DNA of 64,000 nucleotides from Rickettsiaceae bacterium (GTDB lineage Bacteria; Pseudomonadota; Alphaproteobacteria; Rickettsiales; Rickettsiaceae): NCBI GenBank assembly GCA_049739405.1, contig JBMGNO010000002.1, positions 619 to 64,618 of the forward strand, read 5' to 3'. Shown piece by piece: positions 35,364 to 46,391 of this stretch (position 1 is its first letter; each line of letters starts with the position of its first letter). The notes under the pieces were generated by a model. It saw only the letters and a program-made list of their open reading frames with translations, ran no database searches and was not told where the DNA came from. The position numbers and the translations under genes were made by a program.

Positions 35364-36103
35364 AAGAAATACAAAGTGAAATTTTAGAATTTATTTTTTC
35401 TCAAGAGTCAAAACAGCTTCCACCATCTTTAAAAAATAATTCTTTAGGTGGCGCGGGTGTTTGCCGAAACAATGTTATAAGCGAGCTAATCAATTCTTTA
35501 CGCTCCATTTACCCTGGAATATGGAAATTGATAGGAGACAAGTGTGCAAATGGTGTTGCTAGGGGATATATTCAGGATAAAAAGAACTTAGTTTCCAGGG
35601 GGGATTTAAATATTTGGGGGAGTGGATTCCCCCTGTTTTTAAAATCATTTAAATCAACAAAAAATTTGCTTTATTTATCAGACTTCGCTAGCCTGGAGTT
35701 TATAAAACACCAGGCCTCTATTGCGAAAAACACCCCCTTTATCTCTTTTGATGATATGCAATCCGCGCTAAATAGCGAAATAGAGAATATCAAGATCAAT
35801 TTTACCCCCTCTTTGTTTTTACTGAAGACTCAGTGGCCAGTAGACATATTAGAGCAGGTTCTTAATGACCCAAGCTCTAAAAACATAAACTTATCGCCAA
35901 AAAAAAGGTTTATTTTAGCTTTTAAATCTAAAAATAATATACATACCTTTTATTTAGAAAAAGATAGGTGGAAAATTATTAAAAACCTAGCACGTAGAAA
36001 AACTTTATCGGAGTCTATTCCATTGGGAATGAACGAGTCAGCAGTAACTAACTTCCTACATTTTTTACTGTCTAATGAATTAATAAGCAAAGTTGTTACG
36101 TAA
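35351..36103 (+). CDS. DUF2063 / BufC-like MNIO partner protein
   Basis: RNNV..LINSL..YP..LIG; WGSGFPLFL; YLSDFASLE; overlaps DUF692 stop. Confidence 0.8.
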   Translation: MYSLKEIQSEILEFIFSQESKQLPPSLKNNSLGGAGVCRNNVISELINSLRSIYPGIWKLIGDKCANGVARGYIQDKKNLVSRGDLNIWGSGFPLFLKSFKSTKNLLYLSDFASLEFIKHQASIAKNTPFISFDDMQSALNSEIENIKINFTPSLFLLKTQWPVDILEQVLNDPSSKNINLSPKKRFILAFKSKNNIHTFYLEKDRWKIIKNLARRKTLSESIPLGMNESAVTNFLHFLLSNELISKVVT

Positions 36104-36152
36104 CCCCTTGAATTAGTAGCAAGATCCGTTGATCTTTATAAAGCACTTTCCA

Positions 36153-36965
36153 TTATTTCATTTTATAAGCATAGTAATGTCGCATTATTATAGCTGCAGT
36201 TTCTTCGATAGAGCGCATTGAAACATCAATAGTATGCCATTTATTCTCTGAGCATATTTTTCGAACATTTCGGCACTCTTCTTGAACTATTTTAATATCA
36301 GTATAATTAGAGTGGTCCTTCATTTGCAACAAATTCATTCTGTTTTCTCTAATTTCAATAAGCCTTGATGGATTAATCAGCAAACCAAAGACTAATGGTT
36401 TCTTTAGCTCGTATATTTCACTTGGAAACAAACAATTATGAACATAAGGAATATTAGCGGTTTTAAAGCCGTTATATGCTAGGTAAATAGATATTGGCGT
36501 TTTAGAGGTTCTTGATGGGCCAATTAAAATAATATCAGCCTCATTGAGCCCCTCTAATGTTTGACCATCATCGTACTTAAGAGCATAATCTATTGCATCC
36601 ACTTTATTAAAATAGTTAGCATCAAATTTATTCTTTTTCCCAGCCGTGTCATCCGCATTAATCCCCAGATATTCAGATATTTCATTAATTACCTTACTAA
36701 CTACTGAAACACAAGGTAAATTCAACTCCCTGCAAGACTCTTTTAATAATCTTCTAAGGTTTGGGTTTGAAATTGTAAACAGTACAACACCTGGTTTTGC
36801 TTTTATTTTGTTTACAATCTCCAAAAGCATTGTTTTGTTTTTTATCATTGGCCAATAATACTTTTTAACATCTAAACCACTGAATTTTGATAAAGCCGTA
36901 TTGGCCGCGTGTTTTACAGTTTGACCAGAAACCTCAGAAACCAAATGAACGACTAACTCTTGCAT
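36153..36965 (-). CDS. Pyruvate,phosphate/water dikinase regulatory kinase-pyrophosphorylase (DUF299)
   Basis: DDGQ, ADIILIGPSRTSKTP, SIEETAA. Confidence 0.9.
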   Translation of the reverse strand: MQELVVHLVSEVSGQTVKHAANTALSKFSGLDVKKYYWPMIKNKTMLLEIVNKIKAKPGVVLFTISNPNLRRLLKESCRELNLPCVSVVSKVINEISEYLGINADDTAGKKNKFDANYFNKVDAIDYALKYDDGQTLEGLNEADIILIGPSRTSKTPISIYLAYNGFKTANIPYVHNCLFPSEIYELKKPLVFGLLINPSRLIEIRENRMNLLQMKDHSNYTDIKIVQEECRNVRKICSENKWHTIDVSMRSIEETAAIIMRHYYAYKMK

Positions 36966-36967
36966 AG

Positions 36968-37323
36968 TTATACACATCTCCTATGTGGGTAATTCTTATA
37001 ATATAGCAAATATTATTCTCTTTTTCCCTTTTATACAAGGGGTTTATTGCGACCACCACTTTATGTGGATAAAAATGTGTATATAATGTTTAAAAACAGC
37101 CACTATGTTTTATTTCACTGTTTATGCATAAGTTATACACTTTTTTATCCACTGTATAGTTTTTAATACAAAGAAGGTGGAAAACTAAAAAAATACTAGT
37201 ATCTTCAAGTGTTTAGGGTTATAAACATATGTTGATAAGTCTGTGTATAACATATTATCTACATAATCCACAGTACCAACAACAACTAATATAATTATAT
37301 ATATATTTTATTTATTATTATGT
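36968..37323. other. Probable chromosomal replication origin (oriC)
   Basis: DnaA boxes TTATACACA 36968, TGTGGATAA 37064, TTATCCACT 37145, TGTGTATAA 37242, TAATCCACA 37264; AT-rich tract; DUF299-hemE position; strand-composition switch. Confidence 0.85.
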
Positions 37324-38355
37324 ATGGCTATGAAAAAAATACTAAGCGTTCTAAAAAAAGAAAAAATAGATAACACTCCAATTTGGATGATGCGTCAAGC
37401 TGGTCGACATTTACCTGAATATTTAGAAATAAGATCAAAACAACAAAACTTCCTCAGCTTTTGTTATGATGTAGAAAAAGCAACAGAAGTAACAATACAA
37501 CCTGTAAAAAGATATGATGTAGATGCGGCAATATTGTTTTCAGATATATTAGTATTACCAGACCTTCTTGGGTGGGAAGTATCGTTTAAAAAAGGAGAAG
37601 GACCCGTTTTAAAGCAACTAGTATCAGAAAAATGTTTGGATAGTTTAACAGCTCCTTTTAGCAAAAACGCAAGTTGCGTCTATCAAATTATTTCTAATTT
37701 AAGAAACCAACTACAAAAAGAAAAAACGTTGATTGGTTTTGCAGGAAGCCCCTGGACTGTAGCAACTTACATGATTGAGGGCCGAGGGAAACAAGATTTT
37801 TCTCTAACAAAAAAACTAATTTTTAACGATAGACCTTTAGCAATAAAATTAATTGATATCCTAACAGAAAGAACTATAGAACATTTGTCAAACCAAGTTG
37901 AAGCTGGAGTTGATGTCGTTCAGCTATTTGATTCCTGGGCAGGTGTAATAAGCGGAGAGTATTACCAAGAGTTTGTTATTAACCCCACCAAAAAGATAGT
38001 AACATCATTAAAAGAAAAATACCCTCAATTGCCTATAATAGGTTTTCCAAGAGGCTCCGGATATAATTATGAGGAATATATAAAGCAAACAGGAGTTGAC
38101 GGGGTCAGTGTGGATCAGTTTATTCCAGTCAACAAAATGTTAGAGTGGGAGAGTGAAGTTGTTGTTCAGGGAAATATTGAGCCAGTAGTGTTGCTAAGTG
38201 ATAATCAAGATGTTATAAAAAGGCATGTAGATAATGTTCTTGAGAAAATGTATGGAAAAAACTTTATTTTCAACCTTGGGCACGGAGTGTTACCATCGAC
38301 ACCAATTAAAAACGTAGAATTCTTAGTAAATTATGTCAAAAGCTTCAAACAGTAA
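37324..38355 (+). CDS. hemE: Uroporphyrinogen decarboxylase
   Basis: PIWMMRQAGR, AAILFSDIL, IGFAGSPWT, FNLGHGV. Confidence 0.97.
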   Translation: MAMKKILSVLKKEKIDNTPIWMMRQAGRHLPEYLEIRSKQQNFLSFCYDVEKATEVTIQPVKRYDVDAAILFSDILVLPDLLGWEVSFKKGEGPVLKQLVSEKCLDSLTAPFSKNASCVYQIISNLRNQLQKEKTLIGFAGSPWTVATYMIEGRGKQDFSLTKKLIFNDRPLAIKLIDILTERTIEHLSNQVEAGVDVVQLFDSWAGVISGEYYQEFVINPTKKIVTSLKEKYPQLPIIGFPRGSGYNYEEYIKQTGVDGVSVDQFIPVNKMLEWESEVVVQGNIEPVVLLSDNQDVIKRHVDNVLEKMYGKNFIFNLGHGVLPSTPIKNVEFLVNYVKSFKQ

Positions 38356-39382
38356 AAAGGCTGTTGTTTTATTTAATTTAGGAGGACCGGATAAACAAAG
38401 CTCGGTTAGACCGTTCTTGTTTAACCTATTTAATGATAAATATATAATAACATTACCACAACCTTTTCGTTGGGTTTTAGCTTTTCTTATATCGACATTA
38501 AGAAACAAAACAGCTCAGCATATTTATTCCTTAATGGGTGGTGGGTCAACAATTTTACCAGAAACTAGGAAACAGGCGCAGATGATCCAGGAGGGGCTTA
38601 GTGCGAGCCTTAAGGGTAGTGAGGCGAAAGTGTTTGTTTGTATGCGTCACTGGCACCCTATGACGGAGGAGGTGGTAAGAGATATAGTGGAATACCACCC
38701 AGGAGAAATTATATTGTTGCCACTATACCCCCAATATTCTACAACGACAACCGCTTCTTCGATAGAATGCTTCTTACAACACAAGAATAATTTTAATTTA
38801 AAAAACATTCCCATAAAAACTATTTGTTGTTATCCTGAAGAGCCTAATTTTATTAAGTCTCATGTGGAGAAAATAAAAACAAAAATAAAAGACCTTGAAA
38901 ACTACCGTATACTTTTTTCAGCACATGGTTTGCCAAAAAAAATAATAGATAAAGGCGACCCATACCAGTGGCAAATTGAAGAGTGCTCTAAGCAAATAAT
39001 AAAAGGTTTGGGCGGGGGTGGTTATGACCATTTAGTCACTTACCAAAGTAAAGTTGGACCAATGGAGTGGTTAACGCCAAATACGGAGGATGAAATATTA
39101 AAAGCCGCAAAAGAAGGAAAAAATTTGGTTATTGTTCCAATTGCTTTTGTTAGTGAACATTCGGAGACCTTGGTGGAGCTAGATATTGAGTATAAAGATT
39201 TGATAAAAGATTATGGCATTAAGTATCTCCGAGTTTCTGCTCTAAGTGCGGATAGTTTGTTTATTGACTCTATGGTGAGTATGGTTAAAAATGCGTTAAA
39301 TAAAAAGGATGGTTATTGTGGATCATCAACTGGAAGAAGGTTGTGCCCCGAGTCCTTTTCAAAATGCCCTAGTAAAATATAA
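38333..39382 (+). CDS. hemH: Ferrochelatase
   Basis: NLGGP, LPLYPQYS, FSAHGLP, GDPY, FVSEHSETLVELD. Confidence 0.97.
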   Translation: MSKASNSKKAVVLFNLGGPDKQSSVRPFLFNLFNDKYIITLPQPFRWVLAFLISTLRNKTAQHIYSLMGGGSTILPETRKQAQMIQEGLSASLKGSEAKVFVCMRHWHPMTEEVVRDIVEYHPGEIILLPLYPQYSTTTTASSIECFLQHKNNFNLKNIPIKTICCYPEEPNFIKSHVEKIKTKIKDLENYRILFSAHGLPKKIIDKGDPYQWQIEECSKQIIKGLGGGGYDHLVTYQSKVGPMEWLTPNTEDEILKAAKEGKNLVIVPIAFVSEHSETLVELDIEYKDLIKDYGIKYLRVSALSADSLFIDSMVSMVKNALNKKDGYCGSSTGRRLCPESFSKCPSKI

Positions 39383-39397
39383 AAAAGTGTGGTTTTT

Positions 39398-39835
39398 ATG
39401 GAAGATTATTTTTTATGGTATAAAGCTATTCACGTTATAGCTATTATTTGTTGGATGGCTGGCTTGCTTTATTTGCCCCGCTTATTTGCCTATCACGCCA
39501 ATGTTGACGCCGGAAGTAAAGAGGATATAACCTTTCAAGTTATGGAAAAAAGGTTGCTAAGAATAATAATGAATCCAGCAATGGTCATTTCTTATTTTTT
39601 TGGGTTTCTGGTAGCTTATATATACGGGTTATCAGCCCTTGGCGGATGGTTCCATATAAAATTAACAGCGGTATTACTATTAACAATTTTTCATGGGTTT
39701 TTAGCTAAGTGCCGCAAAGACTTTGAGCGAGGTGGAAACACGCATTCGAGTAATTTTTATAAATATGTAAACGAAATCCCAACCATACTGATGATAATTA
39801 TTGTGGTGATGGTAATAGTAAAACCTTTTGAGTAA
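39398..39835 (+). CDS. hemJ: Protoporphyrinogen IX oxidase HemJ
   Basis: KAIHVIAIICWMAGLLYLPRLFAYH, NEIPT, KPF. Confidence 0.95.
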   Translation: MEDYFLWYKAIHVIAIICWMAGLLYLPRLFAYHANVDAGSKEDITFQVMEKRLLRIIMNPAMVISYFFGFLVAYIYGLSALGGWFHIKLTAVLLLTIFHGFLAKCRKDFERGGNTHSSNFYKYVNEIPTILMIIIVVMVIVKPFE

Positions 39836-39963
39836 AATTACAAAAGGAGAGAATAAAAAAAATATAAAACTAAACTTATTAATAAAAGGATTTGTTTTAT
39901 TCTGATGAATTATCTATATTATAAGCAAATAAGTTTATATAATTCTTAAATAATATATTTAAT

Positions 39964-42018
39964 ATGCCGAAACTAACCATCAACGATCAAGAGATAGAGG
40001 TTGAAAGTGGAAAAACCGTAATGCAGGCTTGCAACCAAATGGGGATAGAGATTCCGCATTTTTGTTATCATGAAAAGCTAGAGGTTGCGGGTAATTGTAG
40101 GATGTGCTTGGTAGAAATGGAAAGGTCGCCAAAGCCAATAGCTTCATGTGCCATGATTGCTGCAGATGGTATGAAAATATATACTAATACGCAAAAGGTT
40201 CAAAAGGCCCGTGAGGGGGTAATGGGTTTCTTGTTGATTAACCACCCCTTAGATTGTCCGGTTTGTGATCAAGGTGGGGAGTGTGACTTACAAGATCAGG
40301 CTTTTAAGTACGGAAAAGGAAAGAGTAAGTTTGAGGAGAATAAGCGCGGTGTAGAGGATAAGAATATTGGGCCTTTGGTTAAAACTCATATGACTAGGTG
40401 CATACATTGCACCAGGTGTATAAGGTTTTCTACGGATGTTGCGGGCGTGCCTGAAATGGGGGCGATTAATCGCGGAGAAGACATGGAGATCGTTAGTTAT
40501 TTAGAGAAGTCTCTTACTTCGGAGCTTTCTGGGAATGTTATTGATCTTTGCCCAGTTGGCGCTTTAACGTCAAAGCCTTACGCCTTCACGGCAAGACCTT
40601 GGGAGTTAAAAAAAACAGCATCTATTGATGTCATGGACGCTGTTGGTTCCAATATTTATATAGATTCAAAAGACAAAGAGGTGATGCGAATTTTACCAAA
40701 ACCTCGAGAGGATATAAATGAAGAGTGGATTTCTGACAAAATAAGATTTTCTTACGATGGTCTCAAGGTTCAAAGGCTTGATGCTCCTTATGCAAGGGGT
40801 GGCGATGGGCGTTTAGAGAGAGTTAGTTGGGATGAGGTTATTATGAGACTTAACCAGGGCTTTTTTGGAGTAAAAACAGACAACATAGCGGCTCTCATTG
40901 GCACGTCTTCATCTTGTGAGGCGATGTTTGCTGTAAAAGACTTTATTAATGCGTTGGGATCGGAGAAAGTCGACGCTAACCCCTTTGGTTACTATTTTGA
41001 TACTTCTTCTAGGGGAAACTATCTGTTTAATACAACTATTTCTGGTATAGAAAAAGCTGATATTTGTTTGGTTATTGGCGCGGATATAAGAAAATCTTCC
41101 CCCGTTCTTAACTCTCGAATTGGTAAATCTGTTCGCCAAAACAACTTGGTTGTTTATAATATTGGAGAAGATAATGATCAAACTTACCCTACCAATTATT
41201 TGGGTGATGAGATTTCTATTATTAAAGATATATCAGAGGGAAAGGGAGCGGTTTTTGAAGCTCTGTCCAATGCTAAGAGGCCGATGGTTATAATTGGTGA
41301 TGGTGTTTACGCAAGAGAAGATGCAAAACATATTTTTGGTTTGATTGGGGAGTTGGTTAAAAGGTGTGATATAATAAAACCTGATTGGAATGGGTATAAT
41401 ATAATGCATAACCACTCTTCTTCTGTTGGGAGCCTTGACCTTGGTATCAACTATGGCGAGCGAGGAACTGAAAATATTTTAAAAAAAACCCAAACCGGAG
41501 AGGTTAAGTTTTTATACTTACTTTCTGCTGATGATATTGATATAAACAAAATTAGTAAAGATTGTTTTGTGGTCTATCAGGGGCACCATGGGGATAAGTG
41601 CGCAGCTAGAGCTGATATTATATTACCAGAAGCAGCTTTTACCGAACAAGATGGGTTATATGTTAACCTAGAGGGGCGTGTGCAACGCGCAAAAGCCTCT
41701 GTTTCAAAGTTAGGAGAAGCGAAAAGTAGCGTAGATGTGATTATCGCGCTGGCAACAAGGTTAAACAGAAGATTGAGCTTTTCTTCTCAAGAGGAGTTAA
41801 GTAAAAAAATGTTAGATGGGGCGCCTTTTTGGGGTGGTCTCGATGTTATTAACGAGTCACTTTGTGAGTTTTACCCAGTAGAGGGTGTGGCTTTAGAGGG
41901 GCCAATAAGAAGTAACAAAACAAATTACTATATGGATAATATTATATGTAAATTCTCAGCTACTATGGCAAAATGCTCCGCCGCTTTGAGTAAGACAAAA
42001 GACTTAGAGGTGGGGTAA
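39964..42018 (+). CDS. nuoG: NADH-quinone oxidoreductase subunit G
   Basis: [38 protein letters not shown]. Confidence 0.97.
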   Translation: MPKLTINDQEIEVESGKTVMQACNQMGIEIPHFCYHEKLEVAGNCRMCLVEMERSPKPIASCAMIAADGMKIYTNTQKVQKAREGVMGFLLINHPLDCPVCDQGGECDLQDQAFKYGKGKSKFEENKRGVEDKNIGPLVKTHMTRCIHCTRCIRFSTDVAGVPEMGAINRGEDMEIVSYLEKSLTSELSGNVIDLCPVGALTSKPYAFTARPWELKKTASIDVMDAVGSNIYIDSKDKEVMRILPKPREDINEEWISDKIRFSYDGLKVQRLDAPYARGGDGRLERVSWDEVIMRLNQGFFGVKTDNIAALIGTSSSCEAMFAVKDFINALGSEKVDANPFGYYFDTSSRGNYLFNTTISGIEKADICLVIGADIRKSSPVLNSRIGKSVRQNNLVVYNIGEDNDQTYPTNYLGDEISIIKDISEGKGAVFEALSNAKRPMVIIGDGVYAREDAKHIFGLIGELVKRCDIIKPDWNGYNIMHNHSSSVGSLDLGINYGERGTENILKKTQTGEVKFLYLLSADDIDINKISKDCFVVYQGHHGDKCAARADIILPEAAFTEQDGLYVNLEGRVQRAKASVSKLGEAKSSVDVIIALATRLNRRLSFSSQEELSKKMLDGAPFWGGLDVINESLCEFYPVEGVALEGPIRSNKTNYYMDNIICKFSATMAKCSAALSKTKDLEVG

Positions 42019-43043
42019 TGGATTTAATAAAAGAGTTTATATCGCAACATTCTTCGCTTGTTTTGTTTATAGTTGCAAAAATACTGCTGATTACGATTCC
42101 CCTCCTTTTATCAGTTGCTTATTTAACTTATGCAGAGCGCAGAGTTATTGGTTTAATGCAGATGAGAAGAGGGCCGAATGTTGTAGGGTATTTTGGACTA
42201 CTTCAACCTATAGCTGACGCAGTAAAGCTTTTATTTAAAGAAGTTATTGTACCATCATCTTCTAGTAAGGTTGTTTTTGTAGTAGCGCCAATGATAACTT
42301 TTATACTAAGCCTAATTGGTTGGGCGGTAGTACCCTTTGACCACGGTGTGGTTTTGGCTGATATAAATGTTGGTGTTTTATATGTTTTGGCAATGTCTTC
42401 TCTTGGGGTTTATGGTATTATTATGGCTGGTTGGGCTAGTAATTCGCAATATGCTTTTTTAGGAGCTATTCGATCCTCCGCTCAAATGATTTCGTACGAG
42501 GTATCGATGGGGCTTGTTATAGTTACAGTTCTTTTGGTAACGGGGACACTAAACTTAACAGAAATAATTGAATATAAACACTCTATGCCTTATTGGATCG
42601 ACTTAATGTTGGCTCCAATGGCTGTTGTGTTTTTTATTTCTGTTTTAGCGGAGACCAACAGGTTGCCATTTGATTTACCTGAAGCTGAAGCTGAGTTAGT
42701 TGCGGGGTATAATGTTGAGTATTCTTCGATGTCATTCGCCTTATTTTTCTTGGGTGAATATGCTAATATGATATTAGTTAGCGCTATTACCACTGTGTTT
42801 TTCTTGGGGGGGTACTATCCACCCTTGAATATTACTATTTTGTATGTTGTTCCAGGTGTTGTTTGGTTTTGTTTAAAAGTGTCACTTCTATTGTTTGTTT
42901 TCTTGTGGATAAGAGCTTCGTTGCCGAGATATAGATATGACCAATTAATGAGAATTGGTTGGAAATTCTTTTTGCCTTTAACATTATTTTGGGTTGTTTT
43001 TGTTGCCTCGGTGTTAATGTTTACTAATAATTTACCGGGGTGA
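42018..43043 (+). CDS. nuoH: NADH-quinone oxidoreductase subunit H
   Basis: [33 protein letters not shown]. Confidence 0.97.
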   Translation: MDLIKEFISQHSSLVLFIVAKILLITIPLLLSVAYLTYAERRVIGLMQMRRGPNVVGYFGLLQPIADAVKLLFKEVIVPSSSSKVVFVVAPMITFILSLIGWAVVPFDHGVVLADINVGVLYVLAMSSLGVYGIIMAGWASNSQYAFLGAIRSSAQMISYEVSMGLVIVTVLLVTGTLNLTEIIEYKHSMPYWIDLMLAPMAVVFFISVLAETNRLPFDLPEAEAELVAGYNVEYSSMSFALFFLGEYANMILVSAITTVFFLGGYYPPLNITILYVVPGVVWFCLKVSLLLFVFLWIRASLPRYRYDQLMRIGWKFFLPLTLFWVVFVASVLMFTNNLPG

Positions 43044-43047
43044 AAAT

Positions 43048-43536
43048 ATGAAAAGAATCACAAAATATATAAAATCATTAGCTCTGTATGAAATTATTGC
43101 GGGAATGGTTCTTACCCTTAGGTATTTATTCAAACCAAAAGTGACATTAAACTACCCCTATGAAAAAAGTCCGGTAAGTCCTAGGTTTAAGGGGGAGCAC
43201 GCATTAAGGCGCTATCCAAATGGTGAAGAGAGGTGTATAGCTTGTAAATTATGTGAGGCTATTTGTCCGGCTCAAGCTATTGTAATAGAGGCTGAGGAGC
43301 GTAGTGATGGTAGCCGTAGGACCACGAGATATGATATAGATATGACAAAATGTATTTATTGTGGTCTGTGTCAAGAGGCTTGCCCTGTTGATGCTATTGT
43401 TGAGGGGCCAAATTTTGAATTTGCCACCGAAACACACCAAGAGCTCCTTTATAACAAAGATAAGTTACTAGAGAATGGAGAGAGGTGGGAGCAAGAGCTC
43501 GCCAAGAAGTTAAAAAATGATTATATGTATAGGTAA
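43048..43536 (+). CDS. nuoI: NADH-quinone oxidoreductase subunit I
   Basis: [24 protein letters not shown]. Confidence 0.98.
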   Translation: MKRITKYIKSLALYEIIAGMVLTLRYLFKPKVTLNYPYEKSPVSPRFKGEHALRRYPNGEERCIACKLCEAICPAQAIVIEAEERSDGSRRTTRYDIDMTKCIYCGLCQEACPVDAIVEGPNFEFATETHQELLYNKDKLLENGERWEQELAKKLKNDYMYR

Positions 43537-43540
43537 GTAA

Positions 43541-44161
43541 ATGGCGTTGTTTTTTTATATATTTGCTGCGATGTCGATCATTGGGGCCCTTTGTGTGGTT
43601 AACAGTAAAAACCCGGTACATTCTGTTTTGTGGTTGATTTTTACTTTTTGTAATGGTTCTGGATTGTTGGTGTTGATTGGGGCTGAGTTTATAGCGATGA
43701 TGCTAATAATTATCTATGTTGGTGCTGTGGCGGTGTTGTTTCTGTTTGTTGTGATGATGCTGAATGTGAACCGAGTATTTATTCAACCGGAGCTTAGTAG
43801 TGAGGTTGTTTTATCTTTGTCAATAACCATTTGTTTGGGAATAGACTTGGCTTTTGTCGCCCTGATTAGCTCTGATGTGGTTATTGATAGGTCGCAATAC
43901 GGATTTGCCATAACCCCAGAACTTGGTGGTGTGAAGTTGATAGGTCAGGTTTTGTACACTGATTTTATACTACCATTTCAGACCTCAGGCATAATATTAT
44001 TTGTCGCTATGATTTCTAGTATAGCACTAACTTTACGCCTTAGAAAGGGTGTTAAAAAACAAAACGTAAAAGAACAGATATCTAGAAACAAAGAGAATGG
44101 AATGGCAATTGCAAAACAAGATGGAAAACAGGGGTTAAAGGATATATCATATGACAGCTAA
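43541..44161 (+). CDS. nuoJ: NADH-quinone oxidoreductase subunit J
   Basis: [25 protein letters not shown]. Confidence 0.95.
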   Translation: MALFFYIFAAMSIIGALCVVNSKNPVHSVLWLIFTFCNGSGLLVLIGAEFIAMMLIIIYVGAVAVLFLFVVMMLNVNRVFIQPELSSEVVLSLSITICLGIDLAFVALISSDVVIDRSQYGFAITPELGGVKLIGQVLYTDFILPFQTSGIILFVAMISSIALTLRLRKGVKKQNVKEQISRNKENGMAIAKQDGKQGLKDISYDS

Positions 44162-44468
44162 TGAAATTTCTTTAGAGCATTATTTAATATTAACATCTAT
44201 TTTGTTTGCAGTGGGTGTTAGTGGAGTTTTTGTTAATAGAAAAAACGTAATAACAATACTTATGTCAATAGAGCTTATGTTGTTAGCAGTTAATATAAAT
44301 TTTGTTGCTTTCTCTGTGCATTTGCAGGATGTTGTGGGGCAAGTGTTTAGTTTGATTGTTTTGTCAATAGCCGCTGCTGAGGTGTCTGTTGGCTTGGCTA
44401 TCTTGGTTCTATGTTTTAGAAACAGGCGCTCTATTGAAATGGAAGATTTAAGTAAATTAAAGGGGTAG
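44151..44468 (+). CDS. nuoK: NADH-quinone oxidoreductase subunit K
   Basis: [22 protein letters not shown]. Confidence 0.96.
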   Translation: MTANEISLEHYLILTSILFAVGVSGVFVNRKNVITILMSIELMLLAVNINFVAFSVHLQDVVGQVFSLIVLSIAAAEVSVGLAILVLCFRNRRSIEMEDLSKLKG

Positions 44469-44476
44469 GGAAAGAT

Positions 44477-46390
44477 ATGGCTATTTTGTTAAAAGCAATT
44501 ATATTCTCTCCATTGCTTAGTGCTTTTATAAATGGTGTTTTTGGAAGAAGATTAAATATTAATATAACTAGCTTTGTTTCTTCTTTTGGAATAATTCTAC
44601 CAGCCATTGGTGCGCTATATTTGTTTTGGGAGGTTGCTGTTTACCAAAGTAGTTACCATTTGATGATTTTTAGCTGGATTAAAGTAAGTTCTTTGTCGGT
44701 TAACTGGTCAATATACGTAGACCAACTAACATCAATAATGTTTTTATTAGTTACTACCGTGTCTGCAGTTGTTCATATATACTCATTGGGTTACATGAAA
44801 AAAGATGGTAATATCGCAAAATTTTTATCCTACCTTTCTTTGTTTACCTTTTTTATGTTAGCTCTTGTGTCGGCTGATAACTTCATTCAGTTATTTTTTG
44901 GTTGGGAGGGAGTTGGTCTTTGTTCTTATTTGTTAATTGGTTATTATAACCATAAGGAGTCGGCCAACTTGGCTGCAGTCAAGGCTTTTATGGTTAATAG
45001 GGTAAGTGATTTTGCGTTTATTTTAGGTGTATCCTTCATCTTTTTTTATGTTGGTAGCGTAGAGTTTGGGGTAGTTTTTGATAATTTAAATCTTCTTCAA
45101 GAGCCGGCTTTTTTTAAACTGAATGTTTTAGACTTAAGTTGTTTGTTGTTATTTATAGGGTGTATGGGAAAGTCAGCTCAGGTTGGGTTACACATTTGGC
45201 TACCAGATGCTATGGAGGGGCCAACACCGGTCTCGGCTTTGATACATGCTGCAACGATGGTAACAGCTGGTGTGTTCTTGGTTGCTAGGTGCTCGTATGT
45301 GTTTGAATATACTCCAATAGTTATGTGGGTTATAACCATTGTTGGTGCGGTTACATGCTTGTTTGCTGCTTTAATAGCAGTGGCGCAGACTGATTTGAAA
45401 AAGATAATAGCTTATTCCACTTGTTCTCAGCTTGGGTATATGTTCTTTGCTTGTGGTGTTTCGGCCTATCAAGTTGCAATGTTTCATTTAGTTACTCATG
45501 GTTTCTTTAAGGCTTTACTATTCCTTTCTGCAGGGAGCGTTATTTACGCAACTAATAAGAAAGATATATTTGATATGGGTGGTTTGAGGAAAAAAATGCC
45601 AGTTACATATGCTAATTTTTTACTAGGCTCTTTGGCTATAATCGGAATATACCCTTTTGCTGGCTTTTACTCAAAAGATTTAGTTTTAGAGCGGGCTTAT
45701 TTGCATGGGGGTGCGGGAGAGTTTGCGTTTATATTTGGTTTATTGGCAGCCATTCTAACTGCTATTTATTCATTTAAAATTATTATAGTTGTTTTTCATA
45801 GAGAAACCTCATTAAACAAGAGTGTTTATGAGGGGGTGAAAGAAACACCTTGGATAATGAGCGTACCGATGTTTGTATTATTGCTAGGAACTCTTTTTTC
45901 TGGGATGGTTGGATATTATATACTTGATATAGCAAACCCTTATGGCTTTTTTGGTAACTCAATTTTTAACCTTGATAAATCTCCACACCCACATGTTACG
46001 CACATAATAGAGACCCTTCCGTTGTTGTGTGGTGTTGTTGGTAGTATAATTGGCGTTTCTTTGTATTTAGGTAGTGGTTACAAAAAACTTGCCCATAATA
46101 TGGGGGGGCTATACACTTTAACAAAAAACAAATTTTATATTGATGAGTTATATAACCACTTCATTGTAAGGTTTGTTCGTAAGACAAGTTGTGTTTTGAA
46201 ATTTGTTGATAAAGAAATTATTGATAAGTTTGGGCCAAATGGAGTGAGCCGCGTGTCTGCATTATGGAGTCGCCTTGTTTGTAAAATTCAGACAGGGTAT
46301 ATATATAACTATGTTCTGTACATGCTGTTACCTCTAATTGTTTACATAACTTTTATTGTATTAATAAACTCACCAAAAAAGGGAATATAG
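44477..46390 (+). CDS. nuoL: NADH-quinone oxidoreductase subunit L
   Basis: GWEGVGLCSY, KSAQ..WLPDAMEGPTPVSALIHAATMV. Confidence 0.97.
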   Translation: MAILLKAIIFSPLLSAFINGVFGRRLNINITSFVSSFGIILPAIGALYLFWEVAVYQSSYHLMIFSWIKVSSLSVNWSIYVDQLTSIMFLLVTTVSAVVHIYSLGYMKKDGNIAKFLSYLSLFTFFMLALVSADNFIQLFFGWEGVGLCSYLLIGYYNHKESANLAAVKAFMVNRVSDFAFILGVSFIFFYVGSVEFGVVFDNLNLLQEPAFFKLNVLDLSCLLLFIGCMGKSAQVGLHIWLPDAMEGPTPVSALIHAATMVTAGVFLVARCSYVFEYTPIVMWVITIVGAVTCLFAALIAVAQTDLKKIIAYSTCSQLGYMFFACGVSAYQVAMFHLVTHGFFKALLFLSAGSVIYATNKKDIFDMGGLRKKMPVTYANFLLGSLAIIGIYPFAGFYSKDLVLERAYLHGGAGEFAFIFGLLAAILTAIYSFKIIIVVFHRETSLNKSVYEGVKETPWIMSVPMFVLLLGTLFSGMVGYYILDIANPYGFFGNSIFNLDKSPHPHVTHIIETLPLLCGVVGSIIGVSLYLGSGYKKLAHNMGGLYTLTKNKFYIDELYNHFIVRFVRKTSCVLKFVDKEIIDKFGPNGVSRVSALWSRLVCKIQTGYIYNYVLYMLLPLIVYITFIVLINSPKKGI

Positions 46391-46391
46391 A

